From contig DAOVER010000045.1 in the NCBI GenBank assembly GCA_030668875.1, forward strand, positions 1-23,416: a stretch of 23,416 nucleotides of DNA, given 5' to 3'. The notes beneath the pieces are model-generated. The model saw only the letters and a program-made list of their open reading frames with translations, did not search any database and had not been told where the DNA came from. Below are positions 23,416 through 23,416 of this stretch, one piece after another. The first letter of the stretch is position 1. Each line of letters begins with the position of its first letter. This DNA is from Candidatus Heimdallarchaeota archaeon. GTDB lineage: Archaea; Asgardarchaeota; Heimdallarchaeia; Heimdallarchaeales; Heimdallarchaeaceae. The position numbers and the translations under genes are program-made.

Positions 23416-23416
23416 A

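Noticed and set aside
1-23416. CRISPR arrays, transposases, integrases, rRNA or tRNA genes
   Set aside because: No spaced direct repeats, mobility-gene motifs or structured RNA genes seen; the largest intergenic gaps are about 300 bp or less.

Overview
AT-rich, densely coding archaeal window. Archaeal markers are BRE/TATA-type promoters, GGTGA/GAGG ribosome-binding sites, type-2 IDI (fni), a CDP-alcohol phosphatidyltransferase, an archaeal Rqc2/NEMF homologue and a TFS/RpoM-type zinc ribbon. A Rab-like small GTPase and an EMC6/OPTI(Rab5ip)-like membrane protein suggest Asgard archaea (inference, not a database result). Left to right: a dpp/opp ABC importer set (dppB, dppC, dppD, dppF; no binding protein in the window) split by a divergent TFB-core-like gene; an orphan LolD-type ATPase with a 495-aa coiled-coil protein; a membrane protein with double zinc ribbons at both ends; a four-gene operon (two small helical paralogues, coiled coil, Rab-like GTPase); pgsA-like; Mrr-like; 2-TM protein; EMC6-like; Rqc2; CBS-Zn / Mut7-C / AMMECR1; a ThiI lacking its PP-loop; a TFS-like protein lacking its catalytic ribbon; fni; an AN1-zinc-finger/M50 protease fusion; and a secreted caspase-fold peptidase beside a C-terminally anchored surface protein. 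Two genes are cut by the window edges, and I translated these parts by hand: dppF (missing from the ORF track) and the signal peptide of the caspase-like gene. No rRNA, tRNA, CRISPR array or mobile element was found. Most notable: a hydrophobic hairpin inserted inside the DppF ATPase domain, the Rab-like operon whose GTPase has a coiled-coil tail instead of a prenylation site, the EMC6/OPTI-like gene, and several apparently disarmed paralogues (TFB, TFS, ThiI, Mrr). All family calls come from motif recognition by eye; no searches were run.
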